DNA from: Blepharisma stoltei ATCC 30299
Taxonomy: Eukaryota > Protista > Ciliophora
Direction: 5' to 3'
Length of the DNA: 64,000 nt
NCBI GenBank assembly: GCA_965603825.1
Contig: CBFDEM010000035.1
Coordinates: 124,001 to 188,000 of the forward strand
Shown here: positions 47,046 through 57,938 of the stretch, piece by piece
Layout: each line of letters begins with the position of its first letter
How positions within the stretch are numbered: position 1 is the first letter of the stretch
The notes under the pieces: model-generated
Seen by the model: only the letters and a program-made list of their open reading frames with translations
The model's database searches: none
Told to the model about the DNA's origin: nothing
Translations under genes and position numbers: made by a program

Positions 47046-48437
47046 ATGGCACTATCACTTTTCTTGTCTCTGCCAGTTTTAATTTATTGCTCAACAATTT
47101 TTGTTGTAGAGGTAAGCAGGCATGGAGCGAGGACGCCGCTTACTTATTTTCCGTGGGACACAGCTGATGGTAGATGGTCGCCATACCCAGAAGGGGAGTT
47201 AACTCCAGAAGGAATGAGGCAGCATTACCTATTAGGCTATGAATTTAGAAATAGATACATTATCAACACCCGGCTACTTAATGAAACGTTTTATCAGCCA
47301 GAAATAAATGTATATTCAACTGATGTTGACAGGACCCTTCAAAGCGCAGTATCCCAACTACTTGGATTATACCCACCAGGGACAGGCCCAAACCTAAGAC
47401 TTCCTGAATTGGAAGAAACAGCTGTTCCTCCAATTGAAGTCTATAATGAAACTGAAATAATCCAAGAATTAGGCCAATCAGCTCTTCCAAACCACACCCA
47501 AGTCATCCCTGTGCATACTGATAGCTTGTCAAGAGAAATTTTATTAGTTGCGTCTGAGGACTGTCCAAGATATGATTATTTAATGGACTTGAGAAACAAT
47601 GCCACAGATGTTCAAGAACTTATTGAGGAAAATGCAAGTCTTCTTACGACTATTGCCACTTATTTTAAAGTTTCTGCTAGTGAAGCAGGTAATATATTCC
47701 CTGGGCTAGTTGATAATTTGAGGGTAAATAACTGGTATGGATATACAGTGCCAACTGAATTTCAAGGCAATTTTTTCACTCAGGCCAATTCTTTTGCAAA
47801 TCAGCTGAATCAATTGACGGCATACACTCCTGATTTACTAGCAAGATATGCAGGGAGTGCTTTTCTCTCAACTTTATCATATCTTCTTAACAATGCCCAA
47901 AAAGAAGCCAGCGATCTAAGGTATCAGTTTTATTCTGCCCATGATACCACAATTCTTAACATTCTCTCAGCTTTACAATTACCAAATGGTCAGCAGCCTC
48001 CATTTGCGTCAACCTTGATTTTTGAATTAATCCAAGACGATGCCAATCCTACTGTTTATAACGTAACTTTGGCATATAATGATGTACTCCAAACCGTTGG
48101 CAACTGTCCAAGCACTTCATGTCCTTTAGAGACCTTTTTGGAGTTTATTAATGCAAGAGCTTTTCCTAATATCACTGCTTCTTGTATGATGAATTATGAC
48201 ACTGTTAACTGGGGTAGCTTAACAAAGCCAAGCACCAAAAGTAGTAGTAGTGATGATGATTTCTTTGAAAGCCTTGACTGGTATTGGTGGGTTGTAATAT
48301 CTGTTGGATTTGTGGTGGTTATAAGTGCCATTATTGCTGTCATTGTATACTGTATCAAGAAAAACAAAAAGAGCTCGTCAACTTATGAAAGAATGGACTT
48401 TATTAACGAAAAAATGGACTTCAAAAGCCCTAAGTAA
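47046..48437 (+). CDS. Histidine acid phosphatase (lysosomal type I membrane)
   Basis: Signal peptide, RHGART, RTLQSA, YSAHD, TM, YERM tail. First ATG is at 47046. Confidence 0.95.
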   Translation: MALSLFLSLPVLIYCSTIFVVEVSRHGARTPLTYFPWDTADGRWSPYPEGELTPEGMRQHYLLGYEFRNRYIINTRLLNETFYQPEINVYSTDVDRTLQSAVSQLLGLYPPGTGPNLRLPELEETAVPPIEVYNETEIIQELGQSALPNHTQVIPVHTDSLSREILLVASEDCPRYDYLMDLRNNATDVQELIEENASLLTTIATYFKVSASEAGNIFPGLVDNLRVNNWYGYTVPTEFQGNFFTQANSFANQLNQLTAYTPDLLARYAGSAFLSTLSYLLNNAQKEASDLRYQFYSAHDTTILNILSALQLPNGQQPPFASTLIFELIQDDANPTVYNVTLAYNDVLQTVGNCPSTSCPLETFLEFINARAFPNITASCMMNYDTVNWGSLTKPSTKSSSSDDDFFESLDWYWWVVISVGFVVVISAIIAVIVYCIKKNKKSSSTYERMDFINEKMDFKSPK

Positions 48438-48647
48438 TAATTTATAGATTCATTTATTTACAAATAAATTCTAATTTAATATAAATTATGAATTTTCCAT
48501 ATAAATTTAATAATGGAGTGGGAGTCTATGAATATACTCGCTTTTGCATTTTTGAGAATTAATTGTAAAATTCTCAAGAAACCTCAATATATCCTTTATT
48601 AATTAACAGAAACCTACGTCATGAATGGAGATATAATTATTAGAGCT

Positions 48648-50036
48648 ATGTCTCATTACCTTTTCCTAGCTCTCCCACTATTAGTTTCCTGCTCTACAAT
48701 ATTTGTTGTAGAGGTCAGCAGACATGGAGCAAGAACACCAGTGAGTTTTCAGCCTTGGGATAATGACGGAAGATGGTCTACCTATCAGCCAGGCGAGTTA
48801 ACCCCTGAAGGGATGAGACAGCATTATCTTATAGGCGCAGAATTACGAAACAGGTATATTGTCGAAACCCAGCTGCTCAATGAAACGTTTTACCAGCCTC
48901 AAATTAATGCTTACTCGACTGATGTCCATAGAACCCTTCAAAGTGCTGAGTCCCAAATGATGGGATTATACCCACCATCTACAGGCCCAAATCTTCGAGT
49001 TCCACAATTAGAAGAAACAGCAGTCCCTCCAATTGAAGTTTATAATGAAACTGAAATAATACAAGAATTAGGCCAATCTGCGCTGCCAAATAACACCCAA
49101 GTAGTTCCTGTGCATACAGACAGCTCAGATAGAGAGTATTTATTACTAGCTGACGACACCTGTGAAAGATATAGGTACCTTGTGAAGCTTAGAAAGAACA
49201 GCACAGACGTGCTAAACCTAAAATCTGAATCTGCAGGGATTTATCAGACCATTATGGCTTATTTTAAAGTAAGCTTAGATGAGGCAGAAAGCATGTTTTC
49301 TGATATAGTAGACAGCTTAAGGTGTAATAATTGGTATGGCTTTACAGTCCCTGCTGTATTTGGCGAGTCATTTTTTACTCAAGCTAACCTATTAGACGAC
49401 CAGCTGAATCAGCTTGTCTCTTATGTCCCTGATTTATTATCAAGATATGCAGGAAGCGATTTTCTTTCAAATTTGTCATATCTTCTCAATAACGCCAAAA
49501 ATCAAGCCAACAACCTAAAATTCCAATTTTATTCAGCCCATGATGATACTCTTTTAAATATTTTATCAGCGCTTCAATTGGGGAATCTATTGCAGCCAAC
49601 ATTTGCGTCAACCTTGATTTTTGAATTAATTCAAGATGATAATAATGCTGGCATTTATAATGTGACGCTAACTTATAATGATGTGCTTCAAGTGGTCGGA
49701 AACTGTCCTGGGACGTCGTGTCCTTTGGAAACCTTTTTAGAGTTTATTAATGCAAGAGCTTTTCCGAATATCACTGAGGCGTGCATGATGAATTACGATA
49801 ATGTTAATTGGGGAAGCTTAACGAAAACTGATACAAAATCGTCAGGCAGCAGCGGTCTGGAGTGGTATTGGTGGCTTATTATAGCAATAGGCATTTTAGC
49901 CTGCACCTGCATTGCAGTCTTAACTGCTTTCTATATCATCAAAAAAAGAAAAAAATCAAACAAATCAGCATACGGAGATCTAGATTTCGTTGAGTCTAAA
50001 GGTGAAAATCTAGATTTCGTAGAGTCTAAAGCTTAA
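48648..50036 (+). CDS. Histidine acid phosphatase, tandem paralog
   Basis: RHGART, YSAHD, TM, YGDL tail. Start at 48648 by homology (48621 is possible). Confidence 0.95.
   Translation: MSHYLFLALPLLVSCSTIFVVEVSRHGARTPVSFQPWDNDGRWSTYQPGELTPEGMRQHYLIGAELRNRYIVETQLLNETFYQPQINAYSTDVHRTLQSAESQMMGLYPPSTGPNLRVPQLEETAVPPIEVYNETEIIQELGQSALPNNTQVVPVHTDSSDREYLLLADDTCERYRYLVKLRKNSTDVLNLKSESAGIYQTIMAYFKVSLDEAESMFSDIVDSLRCNNWYGFTVPAVFGESFFTQANLLDDQLNQLVSYVPDLLSRYAGSDFLSNLSYLLNNAKNQANNLKFQFYSAHDDTLLNILSALQLGNLLQPTFASTLIFELIQDDNNAGIYNVTLTYNDVLQVVGNCPGTSCPLETFLEFINARAFPNITEACMMNYDNVNWGSLTKTDTKSSGSSGLEWYWWLIIAIGILACTCIAVLTAFYIIKKRKKSNKSAYGDLDFVESKGENLDFVESKA
49978..50032 (+). repeat. 30-bp-period direct repeat in the cytosolic tail
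   Basis: atctagatttcgt(t/a)gagtctaaag twice, encoding LDFVESK twice. Confidence 0.9.
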
Positions 50037-50059
50037 TTATTTTTTAATTCTTTATAAAA

Positions 50060-51163
50060 ATGTCTAGAGGACACATCAATCCTAATTTTCCAAGAGAAAA
50101 TACTCAAAAATCCTCATATGAAGAAGATGGGTCATCTGGCCACAAAAGGCAAAAAACTTCAGAGCCAAACCTTAACAAAGAAGAAGAAGCTCGCAATCAT
50201 TACCGAGACAGACGAGATATCCCAGCCACTGTAAGCAAAATCGAAGGCTTACGAAAATTCAATAACTGAATTAAAAGTGTCCTTATAAATGAATACACAA
50301 GACAAGGATTTACTGTCTTAGATATGTGCTGTGGAAGAGGAGGAGATCTCTTGAAATTTAATTCTGCCAAAATCGCGTTCTATGTTGGCATTGACTTAAG
50401 CCATGAAAGCGTCGAAAAGGCTAAAGAAAGATTTGATTCTATAAGTCCAAAGCCAAAATTCGAAGCTTTGCTAATATCAGGCAGCTCTTGTGACCCAGAC
50501 TATACAATTTCACAAGTCGTAAATCAGCATTATGACTTAGAATATGACCTTGTCAGCTGCCAGTTTGCATTTCATTATATATGGGACTCTGAAGACAGCG
50601 TCAGGAGGTTCCTGTATAATGTTTCCGAAAAACTTAAGCCAGGAGCTGTCTTTATTAGCACCATTCCAGACGCAAATGTCGTTGTAAAAAAGTTGAAAAC
50701 ACAAAGCGAAAATTTTATATTTGGAAATCAGTATTATTCAATTAAATTTGACACTGATCAATTCCCTAAAAGTAAAGGAGAATTTGGCTTAAAATATGGT
50801 TTTTATTTAGAAGACAGCGTTGGGGAGTCTATTGTTAGACAAGAAGGGACTGAAATAGTATATGTCTCTGAGTATTTAGTAATTATGGACAAGCTTGAAG
50901 AAATAGCCGAAGAATACGATTTAGAGCTTGTCTGCAAAAGAAATTTCCATTATTTTTATGATGAATATAAAGAAAAGTACAACTGGCTGTTAAAGAAATA
51001 CTTAAAATCTGTATCAATTGATGAGGATCAGTGGGACATCGCTTATCTCTATATGGTCATTGTGTTTAAAAAGAAAGGTGAATTTAAACCTCCCCCAAAG
51101 TTTTCTCATGCTGATGACACTCGTGCTACCATTGTAAAGATGAGGGATATTGATATAGACTAA
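50060..51163 (+). CDS. RNMT: mRNA cap guanine-N7 methyltransferase, 367 aa
   Basis: LRKFNN[W]IKSVLI (TGA 50267), VLDMCCGRGGDL.KF, SCQFAFHY, EYLV. Confidence 0.95.
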
Positions 51164-51359
51164 TAAAATCTTTATAATAGTTTACTATAGTGCCTTGCAT
51201 ATTGTTTCATCTGTTGTTTCCATAGAGCTCAGAAAAGAATATATAATAAATATAATAGATTTTTTTCTCAAGATATGAAAAGTCAATTATAAGCAAAATT
51301 CATCAACAGAATTTAAGCTGATCTCTTATTGCAGATTTAAAAACTTATAATTACTAGTT

Positions 51360-51776
51360 TTAAGGCGAGTAGACTGGGATTACATCAATCACAGCACCCT
51401 GTGACACCTTATACTGGTTCAACAGAAATTTGTCCTCAAGCACTTTTCCGTCTAAAACCATGTGGATGTCATCTAATCCCATAATTGCTTTAGCTTTGGT
51501 CCTCAGTGTACTGACCCTTTCTCCAGCGACGATTTGCACTTCTTCTTTTCTCCCATCAAATCCTTCAAAATACATGATCAATAACTCATTCGCATTCACT
51601 TCTTCGTTTTTTTCGTATTTGCATATATAAGCAGAGGTATTCCCATCAGCGTGCAAAATCTCTACATTGCTAGCATCTAATTGGTGTGTATCTTTTAGCG
51701 ATAATTTTTTTACTTTTTCAGCTTTTGTCGTAGGGCCTTGCGTCTTTTTGGTTAAGACTTTCAAACAGTTTCCCAT
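51360..51776 (-). CDS. N-acylated protein with C-terminal ubiquitin-like domain
   Basis: MGNC start; MVLDGKVLED..L.QYKV.QGAVI; no terminal GG. Confidence 0.75.
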   Translation of the reverse strand: MGNCLKVLTKKTQGPTTKAEKVKKLSLKDTHQLDASNVEILHADGNTSAYICKYEKNEEVNANELLIMYFEGFDGRKEEVQIVAGERVSTLRTKAKAIMGLDDIHMVLDGKVLEDKFLLNQYKVSQGAVIDVIPVYSP

Positions 51777-51797
51777 ATTTTTAACTAATGATAATTA

Positions 51798-54700
51798 TTA
51801 TTTATCTTTTTTGTGAATAACTTGGCTACGTCTGCTTCTGACTCTGCCGAAAAATTTGAGACACTCGTCAATCAGGACTACTGGCGTTGAGAAAATCATG
51901 ACTAAAATCCACTCTTGAGATGTCAATGGGACAATTCCGAAAACTTCGTTTAAGAAAGGAACGTAAAGGATTAAGCAGTGTAAGACAATTGACCCAGAAA
52001 TTGCAAGTAAAAGCCAAGGATTCACCCATGGAGGCATGTGGATGAGGGAAGTGTCTTCTGAAAGAGCGTTGAGGGAGTTAAGCATTTCTATGACCACAAG
52101 GACTGTTAAAGATAGAGTGCTAGCTTTGGTTTTGCCTTCAGTGAAATATAAGCATGGGTGGTGGGACAGGTCAAGCCCGTTCCAGTCAGGAAGTGAAAAA
52201 TCTTTCCAGCCAGGACACTCTGACCAGTTTGAAATTTGAGAATAAGCGACTAGTGGATGAGAGTCGCCACCATCGAAGTATAAATACCAGTACACAAAGA
52301 TCCCAACTGTAGCTGCACCTACATAAGTACCAATTACGAAATATCTGATATAAACCCAGTTGCTGATCAAAGGCTCGTCATGTCTTCTTGGCGGCTTTTT
52401 CATGATGTCAAGATCAGGTGGGTTAAATCCTAAAGCGGTAGCTGGAGGCCCATCAGTGACTAAGTTTACCCACAATAGTTGAACTGAAGTAAAACCTTCA
52501 GGAAGTCCAAGCATAGCAGTCAGGAAAATGCTTACAACTTCTCCAATATTTGAGGAGATCAGATACCTGATAAAGGCTTTTGTGTTGTTATAAATGGACC
52601 TACCTTCTTCAACAGCTGCGACGATTGTTGAAAACTTGTCGTCAGCTAAAATCATGTCGGATGCCCTTTTAGCAACTTCTGTGCCAGCTATGCCCATAGC
52701 GACTCCAATGTTGGCTTCTTGTAAAGCTGGGGCATCGTTGACTCCATCTCCAGTCATAGCGACAACTTCTCTTGAGCTTTTAAGTAATTGCACAAGCTTT
52801 TTCTTGTGTCTTGGCTCGGTTCTGCTGAAAATGCAGGCATCGGCGTCTTGAAGAGCTTTGGAGAGCTCGCTTTCTGGCATTTTGTTGAGGTCAATTCCAG
52901 TCAAACTGACGGTGTTTCCTGTGGTGATGCCGATATTGTCTGCGACTGCTTCGGCTGTAAGTTTGTTATCGCCAGTAATCATGAAAACTTTGATTCCAGC
53001 CTGCTTGCACAGAGCAATTGATTCTTTGACTTCTGGACGTGGAGGATCTTTCATGCCCATAACTCCTAAAAATATTAGATTTTGTTCGAACCCTAAGAAA
53101 TTTTCATAGTCTTCTAATAGATGATGTGCAGGATGGTTTTCTCCATTATAATCAGTGAGTTCACGGCAATCATCAGTATATGCAAAAGCAATGCATCTTA
53201 AAGCTTGCTTGCTCATGCCAACTACTCTTTCCAAAGCATCTTGCTTCATGCTTTGAGTCATCTGAGCAACTCCATTTGACAAATGAATCCTTGAGCATCT
53301 CTCTATGATGCTTTCTGGGGCACCTTTTACATAAAGAATATTTCTACCAGTGTTTTTCTGATTGCAAAGTGAGCTCATGCTTTTTCTTTCTCTAGTAAAT
53401 TCAAGAGTGACTAATTTTTTAAACTCATTTCCTATCACATGCTCCGAATAATACCCAGCTTTTTTAAATGAATTATCAGTTTTCCCTATTTTTTCAACTG
53501 CAATACGAATAGCAGCTTCAGTGGCCATACCAATAATTTTATATTGGACTCCGTCAGATTCAATTTTAGAGTCATTACAAAGAGAAGCTGACAGTAAAAA
53601 TTGTCTAAAAGAGTCATTGAAATAGTCTGGAGAAAGACCTTCAGCTTTTCCGTCAACTTTAAATCCGTTTCCAGAAACTGAAAAAGCTTTGTAACCTTCA
53701 TTGAGTCTGTCAGGGATAAAGAAATCAGTCACAGTCATTTCATTTGTAGTCAAAGTTCCTGTTTTGTCACTGCAAATGACTGATGTACACCCTAAAGTTT
53801 CCACACTTGGGAGTCTTCTTACAATTGCGTTTCTCTGAGCCATTCTTCTGGTTCCGAGTGCTAAACAAGTGGTAATTACAGCAGGAAGCCCTTCAGGGAC
53901 TGCAGCTACAGCTAGTGCAATTGCAATTTTGAAGTAATAGATAGCTCCTCTAATAGGAGTCCCATGAGCCTCATCGAAAAAGTTTCTGAAATTCATAATC
54001 CACACCAGTGCACAGATACCGAAAATTACTTTTGCTAATAAATTCCCGAATTCGTCTAATTTTTCTTGTAGAGGGGTTCTTTCTTCATTGGCTTCAGTAA
54101 CTTCTTTTTGCATTTTTCCGATTTCGGTTGTCATGCCAATTTCGACGACGACTCCAAGGGCACTTCCAGCAGCAATGGTGGAGGATGAAAAAGCAATGTT
54201 GGTTTTGTCTTGTAAGACTACATCTCCATGGTCGAGAGGGCCTGGGTGCTTAGCAATATCCTTAGTTTCTCCTGTTAAATGTGACTGATTCACTCTGAAA
54301 GATGGTGTCAGCAATTTCAAAACTCTGACGTCAGCAGGGACTTTCGAGCCGACTGTCATCTCCACAATATCGCCAGGGATCACTTCTCTTGCAAGGACAG
54401 TGCTCCAAGTGCCGCTTCTAAGGACTTTTGCGTGCTCTGGCATGAGGTCTTTTAAGGCTTCTAGCGCTGCTTCTGCATTTGATTCCTGCCAAACTCCAAC
54501 TACGGCATTAGCGATCAGTATTAAAAGAATGACGATAGGTTCGATATACCCAACAATCCCTGACTCGCCATCTAAGAAAGCGATGATGGTTGAGATAACT
54601 GCGGCTACCAAAAGAATAATAACCATGAGATCTGTAAACTGCTCAAACACCATTGCAAGCAGGCTCTTTGTTTCCGCCTTTTTTAATTCATTCCATCCAT

Positions 54701-54845
54701 ATCTTTGTCTCAGTTGATCAATCGAGTCTTCGCTGAGCCCTGATTCTGTGTTCGTATTCAAGCTTTTTATCAACTCCACATCAGAAATTGTGTGCCAAGG
54801 TGTCTGGATTTTACCCAGCTCTTGCTTATCCACAGATTCTGTCAT
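51798..54845 (-). CDS. SERCA: SERCA-type P2A Ca2+-ATPase, 1015 aa
   Basis: VAAVPEGLP, CSDKTGTLT, KGAPE, TGDGVND, YLISSNIGE, LWVNLVTDG; KKDK end. First ATG is at 54845. Confidence 0.97.
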   Translation of the reverse strand: MTESVDKQELGKIQTPWHTISDVELIKSLNTNTESGLSEDSIDQLRQRYGWNELKKAETKSLLAMVFEQFTDLMVIILLVAAVISTIIAFLDGESGIVGYIEPIVILLILIANAVVGVWQESNAEAALEALKDLMPEHAKVLRSGTWSTVLAREVIPGDIVEMTVGSKVPADVRVLKLLTPSFRVNQSHLTGETKDIAKHPGPLDHGDVVLQDKTNIAFSSSTIAAGSALGVVVEIGMTTEIGKMQKEVTEANEERTPLQEKLDEFGNLLAKVIFGICALVWIMNFRNFFDEAHGTPIRGAIYYFKIAIALAVAAVPEGLPAVITTCLALGTRRMAQRNAIVRRLPSVETLGCTSVICSDKTGTLTTNEMTVTDFFIPDRLNEGYKAFSVSGNGFKVDGKAEGLSPDYFNDSFRQFLLSASLCNDSKIESDGVQYKIIGMATEAAIRIAVEKIGKTDNSFKKAGYYSEHVIGNEFKKLVTLEFTRERKSMSSLCNQKNTGRNILYVKGAPESIIERCSRIHLSNGVAQMTQSMKQDALERVVGMSKQALRCIAFAYTDDCRELTDYNGENHPAHHLLEDYENFLGFEQNLIFLGVMGMKDPPRPEVKESIALCKQAGIKVFMITGDNKLTAEAVADNIGITTGNTVSLTGIDLNKMPESELSKALQDADACIFSRTEPRHKKKLVQLLKSSREVVAMTGDGVNDAPALQEANIGVAMGIAGTEVAKRASDMILADDKFSTIVAAVEEGRSIYNNTKAFIRYLISSNIGEVVSIFLTAMLGLPEGFTSVQLLWVNLVTDGPPATALGFNPPDLDIMKKPPRRHDEPLISNWVYIRYFVIGTYVGAATVGIFVYWYLYFDGGDSHPLVAYSQISNWSECPGWKDFSLPDWNGLDLSHHPCLYFTEGKTKASTLSLTVLVVIEMLNSLNALSEDTSLIHMPPWVNPWLLLAISGSIVLHCLILYVPFLNEVFGIVPLTSQEWILVMIFSTPVVLIDECLKFFGRVRSRRSQVIHKKDK

Positions 54846-55433
54846 ATTATACACGTGTTTAATTAAATTTGATCCGCACAACCTTAAATGGGGACTAGAA
54901 ATTTCTTAAACAGAATTCGAAAAATCGATTTTGACGGAAAATCTTAGAGAAAATAGACATAGATGAACAAAAGGAAAATAAATAAAGGAAAAAAAATAGT
55001 TTAAAATATATGAATTTAATGAATCATTGAAAAGCAGCTCTTATCAAAAAATTAACTAAAATGGAAATTTCTTACAGCTAAGGAAAATTTGACCTGCATA
55101 AAAGTCAGGACAATGATTTTGATTATTTTCGAATTCAAAAATTTAATAGGGCCTAGACTATGTCAAGGCTATTCTCTACAAGTTCAAGATCAGTATGAAG
55201 ACTAATAAATAAAATTGGGAAAATGCGTAAGGTCTGCAGCAGTAGAGCTTTCAATAAAGGCAAATAATTAATATTTGTAGAATCGTTTATCTTTCCTTTT
55301 CATGACTATTTTCAAATTTCATATATAATTTCATATGTAGGTGTATTCTTCTCAAGAAATGAATTTTTGATTAGCCTTTGGAAATTTGCTGGAAAGTTTA
55401 TTTTTAGCATATTTATTTATATAAAAAACTGCA

Positions 55434-56285
55434 ATGATAACAGAATCAGGGCCACAAAATCCAAATAAAATAGAAATAGATGCTTTAAGATGCCCGATCT
55501 CTTATGAACTTATGACAGATCCAGTGATAACTCCTTATGGTCACTGCTTTCAGCGCACAGGAATAGAAGATTGGCTGAAAACTCATAATTCATGCCCTTT
55601 AACAAATCAACCTTTATCAATAAATCAACTAATCCCTTGCTTTACAGTCAAATCCGCTGTAGAAGAACTTCTCCGTCTACATCAGGCAGATATCTCTTCT
55701 TATGAAGAAGAAAAAAAAGAAATCTCAATGCCAATCCTCTATCTCCCTCAAGTATATATTACTTATGGAATCCCCATAAAGCTAAAGCACGTTAACACAA
55801 ATAACATTTTGCACTCCCACCCAATTAATTACAGAAATGGCTCTCACCAACAAGAAGTTACCTGTTTTTTCCATAGAGATAACAACGACTGATGAATTAT
55901 AAAGGGTCCAAATGGTAGAAATCGTTGAAATACTTATATTGGAACACCAGTACAAAATTTATCAATAATAAGACTTGAGCATTTATTAACTGGCAGAAAT
56001 CTTCATTCACATAATATAAAGACCAGCGAATCCAAGCAGCAAGAAGTCAGCTGTTATGGGCAATATGGAATAGGAGATGACAATGATAATTGAAGACTGG
56101 AAATTGAAAACGGCAAAGCAGGCGACCTTTTAGGGAAAAATTGCTATATAAGGTTAATCCATGTACAAACAGGGCAGGCCTTGCATTCACATGAAAATTT
56201 TAAAACAAAAAGTTCCCAGCAAGAAGTGACAGCACATGATGGCCGAGACACAAATGATCTTTGGGTCGTTGATGTAATCGCTTAA
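55434..56285 (+). CDS. U-box plus MIR-repeat protein, 283 aa
   Basis: CPISYELMTDPV..GHCFQR..IEDWL..CPLT..LIP U-box. Three MIR repeats (IKLKHVNT..LHSH, IRLEHLLTGRNLHSH, IRLIHVQTGQALHSH; QQEV three times) through TGA at 55890, 55893, 55926 and 56091. Confidence 0.92.
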
Positions 56286-56295
56286 TTAAATAATA

Positions 56296-56667
56296 ATGTC
56301 TAAAAGTGAGCCAAATAGCCCTTTATTGCGTGAAAGTGTCCAAATCGCTCTTGATGGACGAGCGAGCTCGAATTATTCTCATTTAAGTCCAAAAAAAGAG
56401 TTCTTGCCAGCTACAATTTATATAGGAAACTACCCAAAAGAGTGAAGTTTTCATCCAGAAACTATCATATGCCCGTTTTGTCATAATAAAGTAGTGACTG
56501 AGCTTGTTTATAAAAGAGGGACTATGTCTTTGTTAGGGTGCTGTGGGCTGCTTTCAATAGGATGCATTCCTTGCTGCATTTTGCCATTGATCATGAAATC
56601 ATGCAAAGATGGTTATCATTTATGTCCTAAATGTAGTAGAACAGTGGCTGTTGTGAGCGTACTATAA
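56296..56667 (+). CDS. LITAF-domain protein, 123 aa (missed by track)
   Basis: One in-frame TGA; CPFCHNKVVT, a hydrophobic Cys-rich segment, CKDGYHLCPKC. Confidence 0.92.
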
Positions 56668-56930
56668 AGTAGCTGAAAACCAAAACTTTGGGCACAGAAG
56701 AAGTAAAACTGATATAATTAAAATTTTAAAGCTTAAGTTACTGAATATTTATACAGTTATACATATTGAAATAAATTTTTTTGATATGTTGTGGTTCTAT
56801 TTGAATAGAGAATTTTTAATTTTAAATTTTTGATTATTTTCAATTGGAAATACTTGCATTAAATATTTAGGATATGAATTATAACAGAATAATTAGAAAT
56901 TATTATAAGCTCTGTCTAAAGGCGGTAAAT

Positions 56931-57896
56931 ATGGAAATTCAAACAGGTGAAGTCGAAGTAAAAAGTGAGTATGTTGAAAAAATAAAAGAGCCATCAAGTT
57001 CAAACTATTGGAAAACAGAAAATCAGTCAAAGTTTTCATCAGTCCCTCCAAGCATTTCTAAAGATACATATTCTATTGAAGAAGTTGACGTCAGCCCTGA
57101 TCTCAAACGAAGATCTCCAATCGTTGACTCTAGGCCTCTCAAATTCAGAAAACGAGAAGACAAAAGAGTCTCTTTCGGTGAAAACACTGAAATCTTGATT
57201 TCTCCTCGCCCTCCCCAATCAGACCTCCCAGAACCTCTCCCTGAAGACCAAGATATCGACTCTTTGCTTCTCTTCTACACAAATGAAAACCATTTCGAGC
57301 AGTTTACATCAGATCTAAGCAAAGCTTTAGATAATCGAATAGAATCAACAAAATCCAATATCATTTCTGCCTTAGATCACTTAAAAGATATGATTGCTTA
57401 TCATAAAAAAATCCCAACACAACAAGAAATTGATAACATAAACCAAGAAAATGACTCCCTTCATAATGAGCTCCAAAGATTAGAAATGGAATTAGCCGCT
57501 GCAAACCAAAATATTGAAATTGAAACCAAAAAAGCCGAAAATGAGGAAAATGAAATTGAGAGAAATTTAGAAGAAATCAAAGCGGAATATGACAAAAAAA
57601 TAGAAAATTTAACTGAAGATAACCAGCATTATAAAAAAATCCACAATTTTTATTCAAATTTGATGAACCTTAAAGCAGATAGAAAAGGAGGCATTTTCCG
57701 ATGTGTAGCTGGGTACAAGAGTAGTGAAATTTCTTTTGAAATCGATATGACTGGGAGATTTATTCGATATACTCCACTAGAATGCAAGTCCCAGGTCGGG
57801 AATTTATTGAAATATGAAATCACTGATTTAAGACAAACTGAGTTATCCATGCTTTTCACAAGAATCCTCAAGCACTGCATTACAACAGCCCCTTAA
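56931..57896 (+). CDS. Coiled-coil plus RWD-like protein, Csm1/Pcs1 (monopolin)-like
   Basis: KRVSF, coiled coil, then FYSNLMNL..IFRC..ISFEI..IRYTPL..LLKYEIT..LFTRIL. Start is 56931 or 56874. Confidence 0.6.
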   Translation: MEIQTGEVEVKSEYVEKIKEPSSSNYWKTENQSKFSSVPPSISKDTYSIEEVDVSPDLKRRSPIVDSRPLKFRKREDKRVSFGENTEILISPRPPQSDLPEPLPEDQDIDSLLLFYTNENHFEQFTSDLSKALDNRIESTKSNIISALDHLKDMIAYHKKIPTQQEIDNINQENDSLHNELQRLEMELAAANQNIEIETKKAENEENEIERNLEEIKAEYDKKIENLTEDNQHYKKIHNFYSNLMNLKADRKGGIFRCVAGYKSSEISFEIDMTGRFIRYTPLECKSQVGNLLKYEITDLRQTELSMLFTRILKHCITTAP

Positions 57897-57938
57897 CTGG
57901 TAAATATTAATAAGCGTAATATAAAGAAATCTTTTAAT

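Noticed and set aside
55160-55267. 35-aa ORF MSRLFSTSSRSV[W]RLINK.. resembling a mitochondrial presequence
   Set aside because: Too short, with an atypical start context and no downstream domain; it is within chance expectation.
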